Shown piece after piece: positions 1-11,050 of a stretch of 64,000 bases of DNA (its first letter is position 1; every line of letters starts with the position of its first letter). The stretch covers positions 320,640 through 384,639 of the forward strand of contig JBOEGD010000007.1 of the NCBI GenBank assembly GCA_050633245.1. The letters run 5' to 3'. Source of the DNA: Calditrichia bacterium (GTDB taxonomy: Bacteria > Calditrichota > Calditrichia > RBG-13-44-9 > J075). Below the pieces are notes generated by a model. It saw nothing but the letters and a program-made list of their open reading frames with translations, was not told where the DNA came from and made no database searches. The position numbers and the translations under genes were made by a program.

Positions 1-325
1 ACATCTCCAGCGCTTCGGCATTACTCATTGCCATCGGTTTTTCACAGAGCACATGTTTTCCGCAACGTGCAGCAGCTAGTGTTAGCTGATAATGCGAAGA
101 AACGGGGGTGGCAATATACACGGCGTCGATGCGCTCATCTTTTAGAAGAGCGCTGACGCTGCGATAAGATTCCTGTAAATTAAATTCACGCGCAAGAGCT
201 TGCGCAGAGGTATGATGTAAAGAGGCGGCACCAAGGACAGTCTCACCACACTCCAGCAAAGCCGGCAGCACCTTGCGGCGAACCACATTGCCACTGCCGA
301 TAATTCCCCAGTTAAAGGTCGACAT
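1..325 (-). CDS. Gfo/Idh/MocA family oxidoreductase (N-terminal part; runs off window edge)
   Basis: Manual translation from ATG at 325: MSTFNWGIIGSGNVV...IDAVYIATP...GKHVLCEKPMA; Rossmann motif plus EKP motif. Confidence 0.85.
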   Translation of the reverse strand, partial: MSTFNWGIIGSGNVVRRKVLPALLECGETVLGAASLHHTSAQALAREFNLQESYRSVSALLKDERIDAVYIATPVSSHYQLTLAAARCGKHVLCEKPMAMSNAEALEM

Positions 326-333
326 CCATCAGC

Positions 334-888
334 CTAGATAGCTGCGATTTCTGCACCAATGCCATTCAGGCGCCAGATTGTCAACGGACCGCTTACGCTG
401 CTGGAATCGAAAGCTTCGCCCTTTTCCTCTGCAAGATGAGCTAAGTATTTAACGGCCTTTTCTTCGGTCAACTCAATCTTTTCGACAATTCCTTCAACGT
501 TGGCTCGATGTCCCTGCGAGCTAAGTGGGAAGACCATATCGCCGTCCTTTACCTTGAAGCGAATGGTATTACCGGCATCAGCTACATCAATCCAGCAGCC
601 ACGCATCGGACAGCTATCTGCTACTTTGCCGCTAACGCGAACGCGCTTTCCGGCATACGCTGCAGGGTCAGCAAGAAGCGTCTCTAAACTCAGGTTTTCT
701 GCCAGTTCCAATGCCGCACCATAGCTACCTGTTGGATCTTCTTTGGCAAGAGCCAACTTTTCTGCAGACGGTGCTTCAACAGGCGTTGTCATCTCAGCTT
801 CGGCAACTTTACCTTCTCCTGAATTTTCAGAAGTACAGCTCATAAGTAATGCAAAAATCGCGATTGAAAACAATGTAACTCGTAACAT
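334..888 (-). CDS. DUF4920-like lipoprotein
   Basis: Lipobox LLMSC; V.GKV...C...GCW and RFKVKDG..VFP pattern. Confidence 0.7.
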   Translation of the reverse strand: MLRVTLFSIAIFALLMSCTSENSGEGKVAEAEMTTPVEAPSAEKLALAKEDPTGSYGAALELAENLSLETLLADPAAYAGKRVRVSGKVADSCPMRGCWIDVADAGNTIRFKVKDGDMVFPLSSQGHRANVEGIVEKIELTEEKAVKYLAHLAEEKGEAFDSSSVSGPLTIWRLNGIGAEIAAI

Positions 889-928
889 ATCCTTACCTCA
901 CAATGATAGTATTTGATTAGGGTCGATA

Positions 929-1348
929 TTAGATTGTCAACGCAGCAACTTCACGGCGGATACGTTGATATATTGCGGCCAATCCCTGCTGGCGATTCAT
1001 TCCAAGAATCGGGGCAAGCCCACTATCATGCAGTGGATTTGTCGGTCCGTCAGCAACTTCCTGTGGTGTGGCACCAGACAGGCCTTTTATTAGCAGAGAG
1101 ATAAAACCCCGCACGGTCGGCGATTCACGCGGCACATCCGCATGTATATACACTTTGCCATCCTGCAGCTCGGTCCATAGCGAAACCGGGGTTAAGCATT
1201 CATGTACTTTATGGTTCGATCGATCATCTGCATCCATAAGATGCTGTGGGACCGGGGGCAATTTTCCAGCGAAGTCGAGTAGTAGTTCCAGTTTGAAATC
1301 GCGATCATCCAACATATTGAAACGGCTTAATTCTTCTGACAAACTCAT
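929..1348 (-). CDS. sufE: SufE family sulfur-acceptor protein
   Basis: KVHECLTPV (acceptor Cys), ADVPRESPTVRGF, R.QGL.A C-terminus. Confidence 0.85.
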   Translation of the reverse strand: MSLSEELSRFNMLDDRDFKLELLLDFAGKLPPVPQHLMDADDRSNHKVHECLTPVSLWTELQDGKVYIHADVPRESPTVRGFISLLIKGLSGATPQEVADGPTNPLHDSGLAPILGMNRQQGLAAIYQRIRREVAALTI

Positions 1349-1362
1349 AGATCCTCAAACAA

Positions 1363-2202
1363 TTATTCAATGGGTGCGCGCACCAGGTTCCCCCACTCTG
1401 TCCACGAACCGTCGTAATTCCGCACATTTTCAAAACCGAGTAAATAGGTCAGTACGAACCAGGTGTGAGACGAACGTTCACCAATTCGACAGTAAGTAAT
1501 TACCTCTTGATCTCTATGCAGTCCCAACTCCACTTCGTAGATCTGGCGCAAATCACCGGAGCTCCGGAACGTTCCGTCATTGTTAACGGCAGTCGACCAC
1601 GGCACATTTTTCGCACCGGGAATATGTCCCGCACGAAGGGCACCTTCCTGCGGGTAATCAGGCATATGAAGCATCTCTCCACTAAATTCCTGCGGAGAAC
1701 GAACATCGACCATCGGCTTGCGCTTATGCATGTGGTGCAACACTTCATCGCGAAATGCTCTGACTTTTTCTTCCTGCAATTTATCGACATGATAGTTTGT
1801 TGGAATCGTGCGAATCTTATCTTTGGTAAGCTCTCGGCCTTCATCTACCCACTTTTTTCGTCCACCATCCATAATAAAACAATGCGCATGGCCATACAAT
1901 CGAAATGCCCAAAAGGCATAACACGCCCACCAGTTATTTTGATCTCCGTAAAAAACCACTTTCGTGTCGTTGGCAATGCCCTTCTCAGACATCAGGTCTG
2001 CAAAATAACGTTCTGAGATATAATCGCGGGTTCTCGAATCCTGCAGATCATTTGTCCAGTCAATCTTCACAGCATTACGGATATGCCCTGTATCATACAA
2101 CAATATATCTTCATTTGCCTCAACAATACGTAAGTCTTTATCGTTCAAATGTTCGGCAACCCACTCGGTGCTTACCAGAACTTCCGGATGTGCGTATGGC
2201 AT
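1363..2202 (-). CDS. Tandem rhodanese thiosulfate sulfurtransferase (SseA/CysA-like)
   Basis: LVSTEWV start, GHIPGA, active loop [17 protein letters not shown]. Confidence 0.92.
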   Translation of the reverse strand: MPYAHPEVLVSTEWVAEHLNDKDLRIVEANEDILLYDTGHIRNAVKIDWTNDLQDSRTRDYISERYFADLMSEKGIANDTKVVFYGDQNNWWACYAFWAFRLYGHAHCFIMDGGRKKWVDEGRELTKDKIRTIPTNYHVDKLQEEKVRAFRDEVLHHMHKRKPMVDVRSPQEFSGEMLHMPDYPQEGALRAGHIPGAKNVPWSTAVNNDGTFRSSGDLRQIYEVELGLHRDQEVITYCRIGERSSHTWFVLTYLLGFENVRNYDGSWTEWGNLVRAPIE

Positions 2203-2242
2203 AAGGAATTCCTCTTCTGCTTTTAATGCACTTCCCGAGCTA

Positions 2243-3223
2243 TTAAGCTGATTTCCTCAGAGCTGCAAGGCGATCAAAAATCTTAACAGCATGATCATGT
2301 GCATTCTCTATAAACCAGCGGCCTGTATGGAGGCCACCACAAACCACACCAGCCAGGAAGATTCCGCTGCGATTTGTCTCGAAAGTACTATCGTCATAAA
2401 GCGGGGTTTTAAAAGCGTCATCCCGCAAGTCAATTCCAAGCTTTTTCAGAAACGGATAGTCTGGCAGATATCCCGTCATCGCGAGCACAATATCATTTTC
2501 AATTGTGCGAATGCCTTCCGGTGTCTCAATATCTAGTTCGGTTTCGCGTATTTCAGTAATCCTGGAGTTAAAATATGCCGGAAGATTGCCTTCTGCAATA
2601 CGATTTTCAATATCCGGTTTCACCCAGTATTTCACCGATGGTTTTAAGCCGCTACCTCGAACAATGAGAGTAACCTCAGCGCTTCGGCGAAAGGTCTCTA
2701 ACGCAACATCCACAGCGGAGTTGCCGGCACCAACAACCGCAATTTTCCGATAAGCATAGGGATGAGGTTCATCGAAGTAGTGCTTAACCTTCGGCAGGTG
2801 TTCACCAGGCACGTTTAGCAAATTAGGCGTGTCATAAAATCCCGTCGCCACAATTACTGCCCCGGCACGATAGGCAGCAGCTTCCGTTTCTACTTCAAAA
2901 GCGCCGCTGCTGCCATGAACCGTAATCACAGCTTCATTCTGCCTGATGTTTAATTTCCACGAATCACATACCCTTCGGTAATATTCCAGGGCTTCACGCC
3001 GCGTCGGTTTATAACCATGGGAAATAAACGGCACGTCGCCGATCTCCAAGCGTTCGGAAGTCGAAAAGAAGGTCATATTTGTGGGGAAATTGAATATGGA
3101 ATTTACGATACAACCTTTATCAATCATCAAATAAGAGGCGCCGCGACGCGAGGCTTCAATACCACAGGTAAACCCGACAGGACCGGCACCAATTATAACA
3201 ACATCATAATATTGTGAGGGCAC
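2243..3223 (-). CDS. ypdA: YpdA family putative bacillithiol disulfide reductase
   Basis: GAGPVG FAD motif, [32 protein letters not shown]; no CxxC. Confidence 0.85.
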   Translation of the reverse strand: MPSQYYDVVIIGAGPVGFTCGIEASRRGASYLMIDKGCIVNSIFNFPTNMTFFSTSERLEIGDVPFISHGYKPTRREALEYYRRVCDSWKLNIRQNEAVITVHGSSGAFEVETEAAAYRAGAVIVATGFYDTPNLLNVPGEHLPKVKHYFDEPHPYAYRKIAVVGAGNSAVDVALETFRRSAEVTLIVRGSGLKPSVKYWVKPDIENRIAEGNLPAYFNSRITEIRETELDIETPEGIRTIENDIVLAMTGYLPDYPFLKKLGIDLRDDAFKTPLYDDSTFETNRSGIFLAGVVCGGLHTGRWFIENAHDHAVKIFDRLAALRKSA

Positions 3224-3318
3224 TTGCTATCCTTCTACTAAATCGCTTAAATCATACGATCAGGCAGCTCCTGATCGGTCTACAATTAAGCGGCTATCTT
3301 TAATAAAAGCAAGTTTTT

Positions 3319-3975
3319 TTAGCGAGGGATCAGCAGTGCAGCCCATTTACTATTTAACGTCTGCACACCGGGCTCTTCCAGGGATAGTGCGGGTCCTTCC
3401 GGCTTGCCAAAAACGGCAGAAAGCGGATACTCAGCTTCCTTACGGGTTTCATTAAGAGTGTTCTTGTAGTGCCATTTTCCCTCGATATACTCGAAGTTGA
3501 TCCGCACCTGATTTCCTGTTGCCTGCAGATTGCTCTTATAGCAGCTGGTTTTGTGTGCACTTTCTACAGCCTTTTCAGCGCTACTCCAACCCGCCGGCAA
3601 TCCCAGCATTGTAGCACCTTTGGTATCGCCACAGGAGCGATTGGTTTTTTTGGAGAGGCTGAGCGTAATACTGGCGAGAAAAGGGAGTCGCTCATCACCG
3701 GTAGAATTCACCACATAGTGAACTTCTTTACAGGTATACTCTATCACATATGCAGCATATCCCTGCTTGGCTTTTTTTAGCTTGTGTGCATAAAGCAATT
3801 TTTGCTTCGTTTCGAAAAAAGCGGCAAAGTTTTCTACAATGCTTTCAAACTGTGCTTCAACCCGTGCAAGCTGTTGTTTCATCTCGACTGGAATTTCCTC
3901 AACAGCCTCATCCTGCGCAACTGCTGTTGTAGTTGAAAATACGAGAAGACAAACAATATAGAGCAACCATTTCAT
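3319..3975 (-). CDS. Hypothetical exported protein
   Basis: 218 aa ORF with Sec signal peptide ending AVA-Q. Confidence 0.65.
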   Translation of the reverse strand: MKWLLYIVCLLVFSTTTAVAQDEAVEEIPVEMKQQLARVEAQFESIVENFAAFFETKQKLLYAHKLKKAKQGYAAYVIEYTCKEVHYVVNSTGDERLPFLASITLSLSKKTNRSCGDTKGATMLGLPAGWSSAEKAVESAHKTSCYKSNLQATGNQVRINFEYIEGKWHYKNTLNETRKEAEYPLSAVFGKPEGPALSLEEPGVQTLNSKWAALLIPR

Positions 3976-4122
3976 GACAACCTCACCACGTTGGAGTTTG
4001 CGGCACGCTTTTCGGGCGACTTTTGTGCCAGACTCAATATAGATGAGGGTAAGGTTTTAAAACTGTAATTTGTCACATATTCATTGTTAAACTTTAGCGC
4101 CCGAGAAGATAGGCATAACCAA

Positions 4123-5538
4123 TTAGGGAAAAATTCCCAGTTCCAGATAGGTAACTGCAATCCGGTTGATCGAGTTAACAAAAGCAGCGGTTCTAAGCGG
4201 CATGGCCCCACCATGCAGCTCGCGTGTCTCCCGCACTTCGTGATAGGCATTTATCATTGTTTCTTCAAGACCAGAATTTACCAAATCAATTTCATCTCCA
4301 CCTTTTACAATTTCATTGACAATCGATTCCGGTAACTTCTTGCCGCCTATTTCTTCAAGCAACTCGACAATTCGAGTATTCACGTTCTCGGTAAAACGCT
4401 TGTTCATGCGACCAAAGCGAATATGAGAGAGGTTTTTTAGCCATTCGAAATAAGATACTGTTACGCCGCCGGCATTTAGGTACATGTCGGGAAGAATAAC
4501 TTTTCCGGCAGCAATCAACATATCACTGGCATCGGCAGTGATTGGTCCGTTTGCTGCCTCTGCAAGAATTTTTGCTTTAATCCGCGGCGCATTTTCTTTG
4601 GTAATTACATTTTCCAGTGCGGCTGGAACCAGAACATCGCATTCCAGCTCGAGTGCTTCAGCTGAATTCGCCAGGTTCGTTGACCCGGGGAAATCGAGAA
4701 TCGACTCGGATTCCTTGCGATGTTTGACAACAGCATCAACATCGAGTCCCTTGGAGCTGTATATTGCACCTTCGTATTCAGCAACACCGACAATTAGAGC
4801 GCCGCCTTCTTGTAAAAATTTAGCAGCATGATAGCCAACATTACCAAGTCCCTGAACAACAATTCGCTTTCCATCCAATCCTTTTTCCAGACCCAACTTT
4901 TTCATGTCTTCTTCAATGCTCACAGCTTCCCGAATACCGAAGAAAACACCGCGACCAGTTGCTTCCATGCGACCATGTACGCCCCCCTGCGAGATGGGTT
5001 TACCGGTAACACAAGCCATCGCGTCCAGCTTACTTTCGGTCATTGCTGTATAGGTGTCAGCAATCCAAGCCATTTCCTGCGGTCCGGTTCCATAATCCGG
5101 GGCTGGTACATCGATTCCCGGGCCAATAAAGTTCTTTTGAATAAGCTCGTAGGCATATCTGCGAGTCAGGCGTTCGCGTTCGGTTTTGGAATACTTCCAG
5201 GTGGAGATTTTGATACCGCCTTTCGCCCCACCGAACGGAACATCCACAAGCGCACACTTGTAGGTCATCAGTGCTGCAAGCGCCATCACTTCATCTTCAT
5301 TAACATTAGCGGCATAACGAATGCCCCCTTTTACCGGAGTGCTATGATGGCTGTGCTCGGCACGCCAGGCGTCAATCACTTCAATGGTTCCATCATCTTT
5401 AACCAGGGGGAAGGTCATATGATAAACACTATTGCAAATTTTAATCTGATTCAGCAGTCCGGCAGAATGTTTAGTAAAAGAAGCGGCCTTATCAAAATTT
5501 TGATTTACTTGATCAAAGAACTTGATATCATTGGACAT
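4123..5538 (-). CDS. gdhA: Glutamate dehydrogenase (Glu/Leu/Phe/Val dehydrogenase family)
   Basis: KGGIRY, GGAKGG, DVPAPD, GLGNVG, NAGGVTVSYFEW. Confidence 0.93.
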   Translation of the reverse strand: MSNDIKFFDQVNQNFDKAASFTKHSAGLLNQIKICNSVYHMTFPLVKDDGTIEVIDAWRAEHSHHSTPVKGGIRYAANVNEDEVMALAALMTYKCALVDVPFGGAKGGIKISTWKYSKTERERLTRRYAYELIQKNFIGPGIDVPAPDYGTGPQEMAWIADTYTAMTESKLDAMACVTGKPISQGGVHGRMEATGRGVFFGIREAVSIEEDMKKLGLEKGLDGKRIVVQGLGNVGYHAAKFLQEGGALIVGVAEYEGAIYSSKGLDVDAVVKHRKESESILDFPGSTNLANSAEALELECDVLVPAALENVITKENAPRIKAKILAEAANGPITADASDMLIAAGKVILPDMYLNAGGVTVSYFEWLKNLSHIRFGRMNKRFTENVNTRIVELLEEIGGKKLPESIVNEIVKGGDEIDLVNSGLEETMINAYHEVRETRELHGGAMPLRTAAFVNSINRIAVTYLELGIFP

Positions 5539-5613
5539 GTATTGACCTCCGGGTTCTTACAGTAAAATGGGATCTGGAAGTTATTATCGTCAGGAAAATG
5601 ATTAATAATAGCA

Positions 5614-5641
5614 AATTCCCGAAGCCTGGCTCCGGGAATTT
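5614..5641 (-). terminator. Hairpin downstream of sdhB, probable intrinsic terminator
   Basis: aattcccgaagcctggctccgggaatt inverted repeat just after the sdhB stop. Confidence 0.5.
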
Positions 5642-5668
5642 ACAAATAAAGCACTGCGTAGTACTAAT

Positions 5669-6412
5669 TTAGCTGCTAAACATGCTCTTCGCATATTCGC
5701 GACGCATTGTAGCAATATTTTTAATTGAAATACCTTTCGGGCAGACGGCCTCACATTCCCCATGATTTGAACAACTGCCAAACCCTTCAGCATCCATCTG
5801 GTCTACCATGCGTTGCGCGCGACGATTGCGCTCAGGGTCGCCTTGTGGAAGGAAGGTATATTGCGAGACTTTTGCACCAACAAACAAGGCTGCCGATGCG
5901 TTGGGACATGCTGCAACACAGGCACCGCAACCGATACAGACAGCCGCATCCATAGCTTCATCTGCCAGCTCTTTCGAGATGGGCATGGCGTTACCATCCG
6001 GGGCATTACCGGTGTTGACTGAGACATAACCGCCTGCACCAATAATACGATCGAAAGATGAGCGATCGACTACAAGATCTTTAACAATCGGAAAGGCTGT
6101 TGCGCGCCATGGCTCGATAGTAATCGTATCACCATCCTTAAAACTACGCATGTGCAGCTGACATGTTGTGGTGCGTTCATTTGGTCCGTGAGCTGTTCCA
6201 CCGATAACCATACTACACATGCCGCAGATGCCTTCGCGACAGTCATGGTCAAATTCTATTGGCTCTTTACCAGAGTTAATTAACTTTTCATTTAGAAGAT
6301 CTATCATTTCCAGAAACGACATATCTTCCGAAATATCATCGATAGTGTAGTCAACCATCTTTCCAGTGGCGTCAGGGCTTGCTTGTCGCCATACCGATAG
6401 ATTTAGTCGCAT
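5669..6412 (-). CDS. sdhB: Succinate dehydrogenase/fumarate reductase iron-sulfur subunit
   Basis: [20 protein letters not shown] and [12 protein letters not shown] cluster motifs. Confidence 0.95.
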   Translation of the reverse strand: MRLNLSVWRQASPDATGKMVDYTIDDISEDMSFLEMIDLLNEKLINSGKEPIEFDHDCREGICGMCSMVIGGTAHGPNERTTTCQLHMRSFKDGDTITIEPWRATAFPIVKDLVVDRSSFDRIIGAGGYVSVNTGNAPDGNAMPISKELADEAMDAAVCIGCGACVAACPNASAALFVGAKVSQYTFLPQGDPERNRRAQRMVDQMDAEGFGSCSNHGECEAVCPKGISIKNIATMRREYAKSMFSS

Positions 6413-6459
6413 AAGATTCTCCTTATATCGCGCGAGGGAATTGAATAATTCCCAAGACG

Positions 6460-8394
6460 CTATTTATAGCTTCTCTGTGTCAATTTCACATTATCGAATT
6501 CCAGTTCTTCACGGTGGCGCTCCGGAGCTTCATTCTCTCCTTTGAATTCCCACGCAGCAACATGAGTAAAGTCTTCATCATTGCGTTTCGCTTCGCCTTC
6601 CGCCGTCTGATACTCCTCGCGGAAGTGTCCGCCACAGGATTCTTCCCTTGTCAGCGCATCACGTGCCATCAGCTCTCCTAATTCAATAAAATCGGCCACG
6701 CGTCCGGCTTCTTCCAGATTCTTATTTAGAATCGTGCCGTGTCCCGGAACATTTACGTTTTTCCAAAATTCCTCTTTCAGAGCAGAAATTGAAGAAATCG
6801 CCTCTTCTAAACCTTTACGGTTGCGAGACATACCAACGTGATCCCACATAATCTGACCAAGTTCACGGTGATACTGTAGAACGCTGCGCTTGCCTTTAAT
6901 GCCAAGCAATCTTTCTACACGCTCATTGGTTTCTTTTTCCGGCTGATCGAAAACGCTGTCTTCAGTGCCGATATCAGGTAAGTCGGTATTACCCAAGTAA
7001 TCTCCAATTGTATAAGGAAGCACAAAATAGCCATCTGCAAGCCCCTGCATCAGGGCACTCGCGCCAAGGCGGTTTGCTCCGTGGTCAGAAAAGTTTGCTT
7101 CACCAAGCACATACAGTCCCGGAATATTGCTCATGAGATTGTAGTCGACCCACAATCCGCCCATTGTATAGTGAACCGCAGGGAAGATGCGCATGGGGCG
7201 CTGATACGGGTTTTCACCGGTAATGCGCTCATACATTTCAAAAAGGTTGCCATAGCGATCGCGAATTGCAGGTTCACCGTCGCGCTTAATCGCGTCGGCA
7301 AAGTCCAGAAAAACGGCTAGTCCGGTATCACCTACGCCACGCCCTTCATCGCATACAGACTTCGCATTGCGAGAAGCAACATCACGCGGTACCAGGTTGC
7401 CAAAAGAAGGATAGCGATTTTCAAGATAATAATCGCGTTCGCTGTCCGGTATATCAGAAGCAAGTCGCTTATCGCCTTTGGCTTTGGGCACCCAAACGCG
7501 TCCGTCATTTCGCAAGCTTTCACTCATCAGCGTAAGTTTGGACTGGAATTCCCCCGAGACCGGAATACAAGTCGGGTGAATTTGCGTATAGCACGGATTG
7601 GCAAATAGCGCACCACGCTTATAAGCACGCCAGGCGGCAGTTACGTTAGAGTTACGGGCATTTGTAGAGAGAAAGTATACATTGCCATATCCACCCGAGC
7701 ACATAACCACTGCATGTCCGCTATAGCGTTCGACCTTGCCATTGATAAGGTTTCGCACGATAATACCACGTGCCTTGCCGTCTGCAAGAACGACATCAAG
7801 CATTTCTCGACGGGTATAAAGCTTTACATTGCCCTTATCTACCTGCCGCATCATAGCGCCATAGGCTCCCAACAGCAGCTGCTGTCCGGTTTGGCCGCGG
7901 GCATAGAACGTTCGCGATACCAGGACACCGCCAAACGAGCGGTTAGCCAACAGACCACCGTAGTCACGGGCAAAGGGAACGCCCTGAGCGACACATTGAT
8001 CAATAATATTTGCACTTGTCTGAGCCAGACGATAGACATTGGCTTCGCGAGCACGAAAATCGCCTCCTTTTACCGTATCATAAAAGAGCCTGTAAACGCT
8101 ATCGTTATCATTTTGATAGTTTTTGGCGGCGTTGATGCCACCCTGCGCGGCAATGCTGTGAGCACGTCGCGGTGAATCCTGAATACAAAAGACGTGGACG
8201 CGATAACCCAGCTCGGCCAGAGATGCAGCAGCAGAAGCACCGGCAAGACCGGTTCCAACCACAATTACATCATACTTACGCTTGTTGTTTGGACTTACAA
8301 CCTTCACGTTCATTTTATGCTGATCCCATTTGGTCTCTATCGGACCTTCCGGGATTTTGCTGTCCAGAAAGCGGTGTTTACCGTTTTCACTCAT
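6460..8394 (-). CDS. sdhA: Succinate dehydrogenase/fumarate reductase flavoprotein subunit
   Basis: [16 protein letters not shown] (FAD-His), QIHPT, HYTMGG, HGANRLG. Confidence 0.95.
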   Translation of the reverse strand: MSENGKHRFLDSKIPEGPIETKWDQHKMNVKVVSPNNKRKYDVIVVGTGLAGASAAASLAELGYRVHVFCIQDSPRRAHSIAAQGGINAAKNYQNDNDSVYRLFYDTVKGGDFRAREANVYRLAQTSANIIDQCVAQGVPFARDYGGLLANRSFGGVLVSRTFYARGQTGQQLLLGAYGAMMRQVDKGNVKLYTRREMLDVVLADGKARGIIVRNLINGKVERYSGHAVVMCSGGYGNVYFLSTNARNSNVTAAWRAYKRGALFANPCYTQIHPTCIPVSGEFQSKLTLMSESLRNDGRVWVPKAKGDKRLASDIPDSERDYYLENRYPSFGNLVPRDVASRNAKSVCDEGRGVGDTGLAVFLDFADAIKRDGEPAIRDRYGNLFEMYERITGENPYQRPMRIFPAVHYTMGGLWVDYNLMSNIPGLYVLGEANFSDHGANRLGASALMQGLADGYFVLPYTIGDYLGNTDLPDIGTEDSVFDQPEKETNERVERLLGIKGKRSVLQYHRELGQIMWDHVGMSRNRKGLEEAISSISALKEEFWKNVNVPGHGTILNKNLEEAGRVADFIELGELMARDALTREESCGGHFREEYQTAEGEAKRNDEDFTHVAAWEFKGENEAPERHREELEFDNVKLTQRSYK

Positions 8395-8421
8395 ATCATT
8401 AACCTCCGAGAGATGTTATTG

Positions 8422-9099
8422 TCACGAAAAAAAGACATATAGTGGAACGCCGACAAACCCAATGGTTACCAGAATGGCAAAGGCGATTCCGGTCGAGTAA
8501 ATCTGCTTGGAAAATCTGGGATGGTTTGCTCCAAGCGATTGAAATGCGCTCCAAAATCCATGTCTGAGATGCCATCCAAGCAACAACATTATTACAACAT
8601 AGCCAAAGGTATACATCGGATCTTTAAACGTCTCATCTACAAGTTTGAATAAATCACGCATTTCTACGCCATTGACGACGGTGGTGTAGTAGGGTCCCCA
8701 TTTAAACGTAATAAGATGCATAACTAAAAATGCCAACATGAGAATACCAGTATAGATCATACTGGTTGAAGAGCTCGACTTATAGCTGGCTCCACCGGCA
8801 TCACGCACATTTGCATAACCAGAAGGACGCGCATTACGATTGTGAAGCGTTACGGAAATTGCCATATAGGCATGAAAAACGAAAGCCGCGAGTAAGACCA
8901 GTTCAATCGCATAAAGAGCCGGCCCAAGACTTATGAGCGTGTGCGAATACAAATTGAACGCATCAGAGCTAACCAGGAAGGTTAAATTACCCAGCATGTG
9001 GACAAATACAAATCCGGTAATTGCTAAACCGGTAATTGCCGCCACAAACTTCTTACCAATAGTAGAATTCAACGAAGTAAGAATCGATTTAGAAGCCAT
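8422..9099 (-). CDS. sdhC: Succinate dehydrogenase cytochrome b subunit (b558 type)
   Basis: Five TM segments with His ligands (HMLGN, FH, HL, HLRHG); directly upstream of sdhA. Confidence 0.9.
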   Translation of the reverse strand: MASKSILTSLNSTIGKKFVAAITGLAITGFVFVHMLGNLTFLVSSDAFNLYSHTLISLGPALYAIELVLLAAFVFHAYMAISVTLHNRNARPSGYANVRDAGGASYKSSSSTSMIYTGILMLAFLVMHLITFKWGPYYTTVVNGVEMRDLFKLVDETFKDPMYTFGYVVIMLLLGWHLRHGFWSAFQSLGANHPRFSKQIYSTGIAFAILVTIGFVGVPLYVFFS

Positions 9100-9498
9100 A
9101 GTTTATCTATTTATCCCCTCTTTTGATGATTTGATATATAGAGTAGTGCAATAATTGTTTTGGGCTGGCGATCTTAATTCAACATGATATGCTATAAAAT
9201 AGTGGCTTTTCTTGCGGGGTTCGTCGGGCATAGCGGGTAGGGGTTCATTCATTAGAAGATGCCTGTAAACGTTTGGTAAGAGCCGATCGCAGAATGCATA
9301 GATTGCAGAGTAATATGAACTCTTTATCTGTTGATTAATTAACGCTTTGGCCGCACAAAATCAAGGACTTTAGTAAATTTGTGCCAGCAAAATCAAATTA
9401 AAAAACACTTGTTATCTCAGCTCTCGTGCAATAACTTTTGCGACTGTTTAATAATGAGGCATTTTCGACATGTCTCGTGAAAAGTTGAGGTTTATTCT

Positions 9499-9870
9499 AT
9501 GTATGCATTCTTGATGGTACTTTTTGTTCTTGTAGCTATACTTTTGGTTGTGGTTATACTTCTGCAATCCAGTAAAGGTGGATTGGCCGGAACTTTCGGT
9601 GGAGCCGGTGGTGGACCTGGTGGCGTTTTGGGATCACGAGGTGCAGCAAACGCTCTTTCGAAGGCGACTATTGCACTCGGAATTATCTTTGCATTGCTAT
9701 GTTTTGGCATCAATAAGCTTGGCGGAGCCGGTGAAGGCACTCAACAGAGCGTCACACAGGAAGAGTTGAATCAGCAGCCTTCAACACAGTTGCCTTCAAC
9801 AACAATTCCCCAAACAGCTCCCCCTGCCGCAACACCTCCTCCGACAACTCCGGAAAGCGACGATAACTAG
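9499..9870 (+). CDS. secG: Preprotein translocase subunit SecG
   Basis: Two TMs, ILLQSSKGGLAGTFGG loop, followed by tRNA-Leu (common synteny). Confidence 0.93.
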   Translation: MYAFLMVLFVLVAILLVVVILLQSSKGGLAGTFGGAGGGPGGVLGSRGAANALSKATIALGIIFALLCFGINKLGGAGEGTQQSVTQEELNQQPSTQLPSTTIPQTAPPAATPPPTTPESDDN

Positions 9871-9881
9871 ACATCAACTCT

Positions 9882-9965
9882 GCTGAAGTGGTGGAACTGG
9901 TAGACACGCTATCTTGAGGGGGTAGTGGGCTAACGCTCGTGCGGGTTCGAGTCCCGCCTTCAGCA
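9882..9965 (+). tRNA. tRNA-Leu (GAG)
   Basis: GCTGAAG/CTTCAGC acceptor stem, anticodon loop TT-GAG-GG, long variable arm, TTCGAGT T-loop; CCA not encoded. Confidence 0.95.
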
Positions 9966-9968
9966 CAG

Positions 9969-9998
9969 AAATCCCGGCCACGGCCGGGATTTTTATTT
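9969..9998 (+). terminator. Rho-independent terminator after tRNA-Leu
   Basis: aaatcccggcc-ac-ggccgggattttt. Confidence 0.8.
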
Positions 9999-10014
9999 AT
10001 CGGGAAGGAAAACA

Positions 10015-10719
10015 GTGAAGTTTACGACAGCAGTAAATACAATCCGCGAGCGTCTGGAAGACCACGTCCCCAAACGGTTATCTATTGACTCCTTTATTCC
10101 AGCTGCCGTAACCATCCCCATATTCGAGAAAAATGGAAAGCCGCATATGCTACTCACATTGCGGGCCGATACTGTTGAGCATCATAAGGGTCAAGTCTCC
10201 TTTCCCGGTGGTGCATGGGAGCCACACGACACGTCCATAGAACAGACTGCACTCCGGGAAACAGATGAAGAAGTCGGCATTCCTCCTTCCATGACGCGTG
10301 TAATCGGCCAACTGGATGATTTTCCAACCATATCCGATTTTATCATAACGCCATTTGTTACAACAATCCCCTACCCTTTTCCAACAGACGTGAATCCTGA
10401 TGAGGTAGCGAAGTTACTGGAAGTGCCGTTCGATTTATTTTTAACTGACTCGCATTTTGAGGCTAAAATAAAGCGCTATAAGAATACTGAATACCCAGTC
10501 TATTATTACTACTTTGAAGATACCATCATTTGGGGAATTACCGGTTTTATCATCAACCGCTTCGTCGAAATGACGTTTGGGTATAATCCTGCTCCGCAGA
10601 GCATTTCTGCCGATCCGCGTATCCCGGATTATCTGCGTGACAATGTTATTAAACTAGGGATAAGAAATCAGGAGAGTAAAAGAACCGAGAATCACAAAGA
10701 AAGTAAAAAAACTTCTTGA
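10015..10719 (+). CDS. Nudix hydrolase, CoA pyrophosphatase family
   Basis: LLTLRA...H.GQVSFPGG, Nudix box ALRETDEEVG, IWGITG. Confidence 0.88.
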   Translation: MKFTTAVNTIRERLEDHVPKRLSIDSFIPAAVTIPIFEKNGKPHMLLTLRADTVEHHKGQVSFPGGAWEPHDTSIEQTALRETDEEVGIPPSMTRVIGQLDDFPTISDFIITPFVTTIPYPFPTDVNPDEVAKLLEVPFDLFLTDSHFEAKIKRYKNTEYPVYYYYFEDTIIWGITGFIINRFVEMTFGYNPAPQSISADPRIPDYLRDNVIKLGIRNQESKRTENHKESKKTS

Positions 10720-10744
10720 TTCCGCAGACAATGCAGACTATTTT
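10716..10744 (+). promoter_or_regulatory. Candidate sigma70 promoter for tRNA-Ser
   Basis: TTGATT-N17-TATTTT about 25 bp upstream of the tRNA. Confidence 0.45.
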
Positions 10745-10768
10745 TGATGCCTGAAATTATTGACTTCC

Positions 10769-10856
10769 GGAGAGGTGGCCGAGCGGCTGAAGGCGCTCCC
10801 CTGCTAAGGGAGTATGGGTTAATAGCTCATCGAGGGTTCGAATCCCTCCCTCTCCG
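10769..10856 (+). tRNA. tRNA-Ser (GCT)
   Basis: GGAGAGG/CCTCTCC acceptor stem, CTCCC-CTGCTAA-GGGAG anticodon arm, long variable arm, TTCGAAT. Confidence 0.95.
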
Positions 10857-10857
10857 C

Positions 10858-10895
10858 AACGTGGCGTAGGACTATCCTGCGCCACGTTTTTTTTG
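10858..10895 (+). terminator. Rho-independent terminator after tRNA-Ser
   Basis: aacgtggcgtagga-cta-tcctgcgccacgtt followed by a T-run. Confidence 0.8.
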
Positions 10896-11050
10896 CTCCA
10901 AACGCGAGTTTCTAGTCCTGCCATGCCGGTTTGCCTAAACCTATGCTCAATAGCCACTATCAGCGAAACTGATTGCTTTGAAAAGAAATTATTCGCACTA
11001 TTAGTAAATACTATAACTATTAAAACCTTATATAATTTGCTTATACCACT

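Noticed and set aside
4828-5565. 245 aa plus-strand ORF opposite gdhA
   Set aside because: Antisense shadow of a conserved gene with no recognisable motifs
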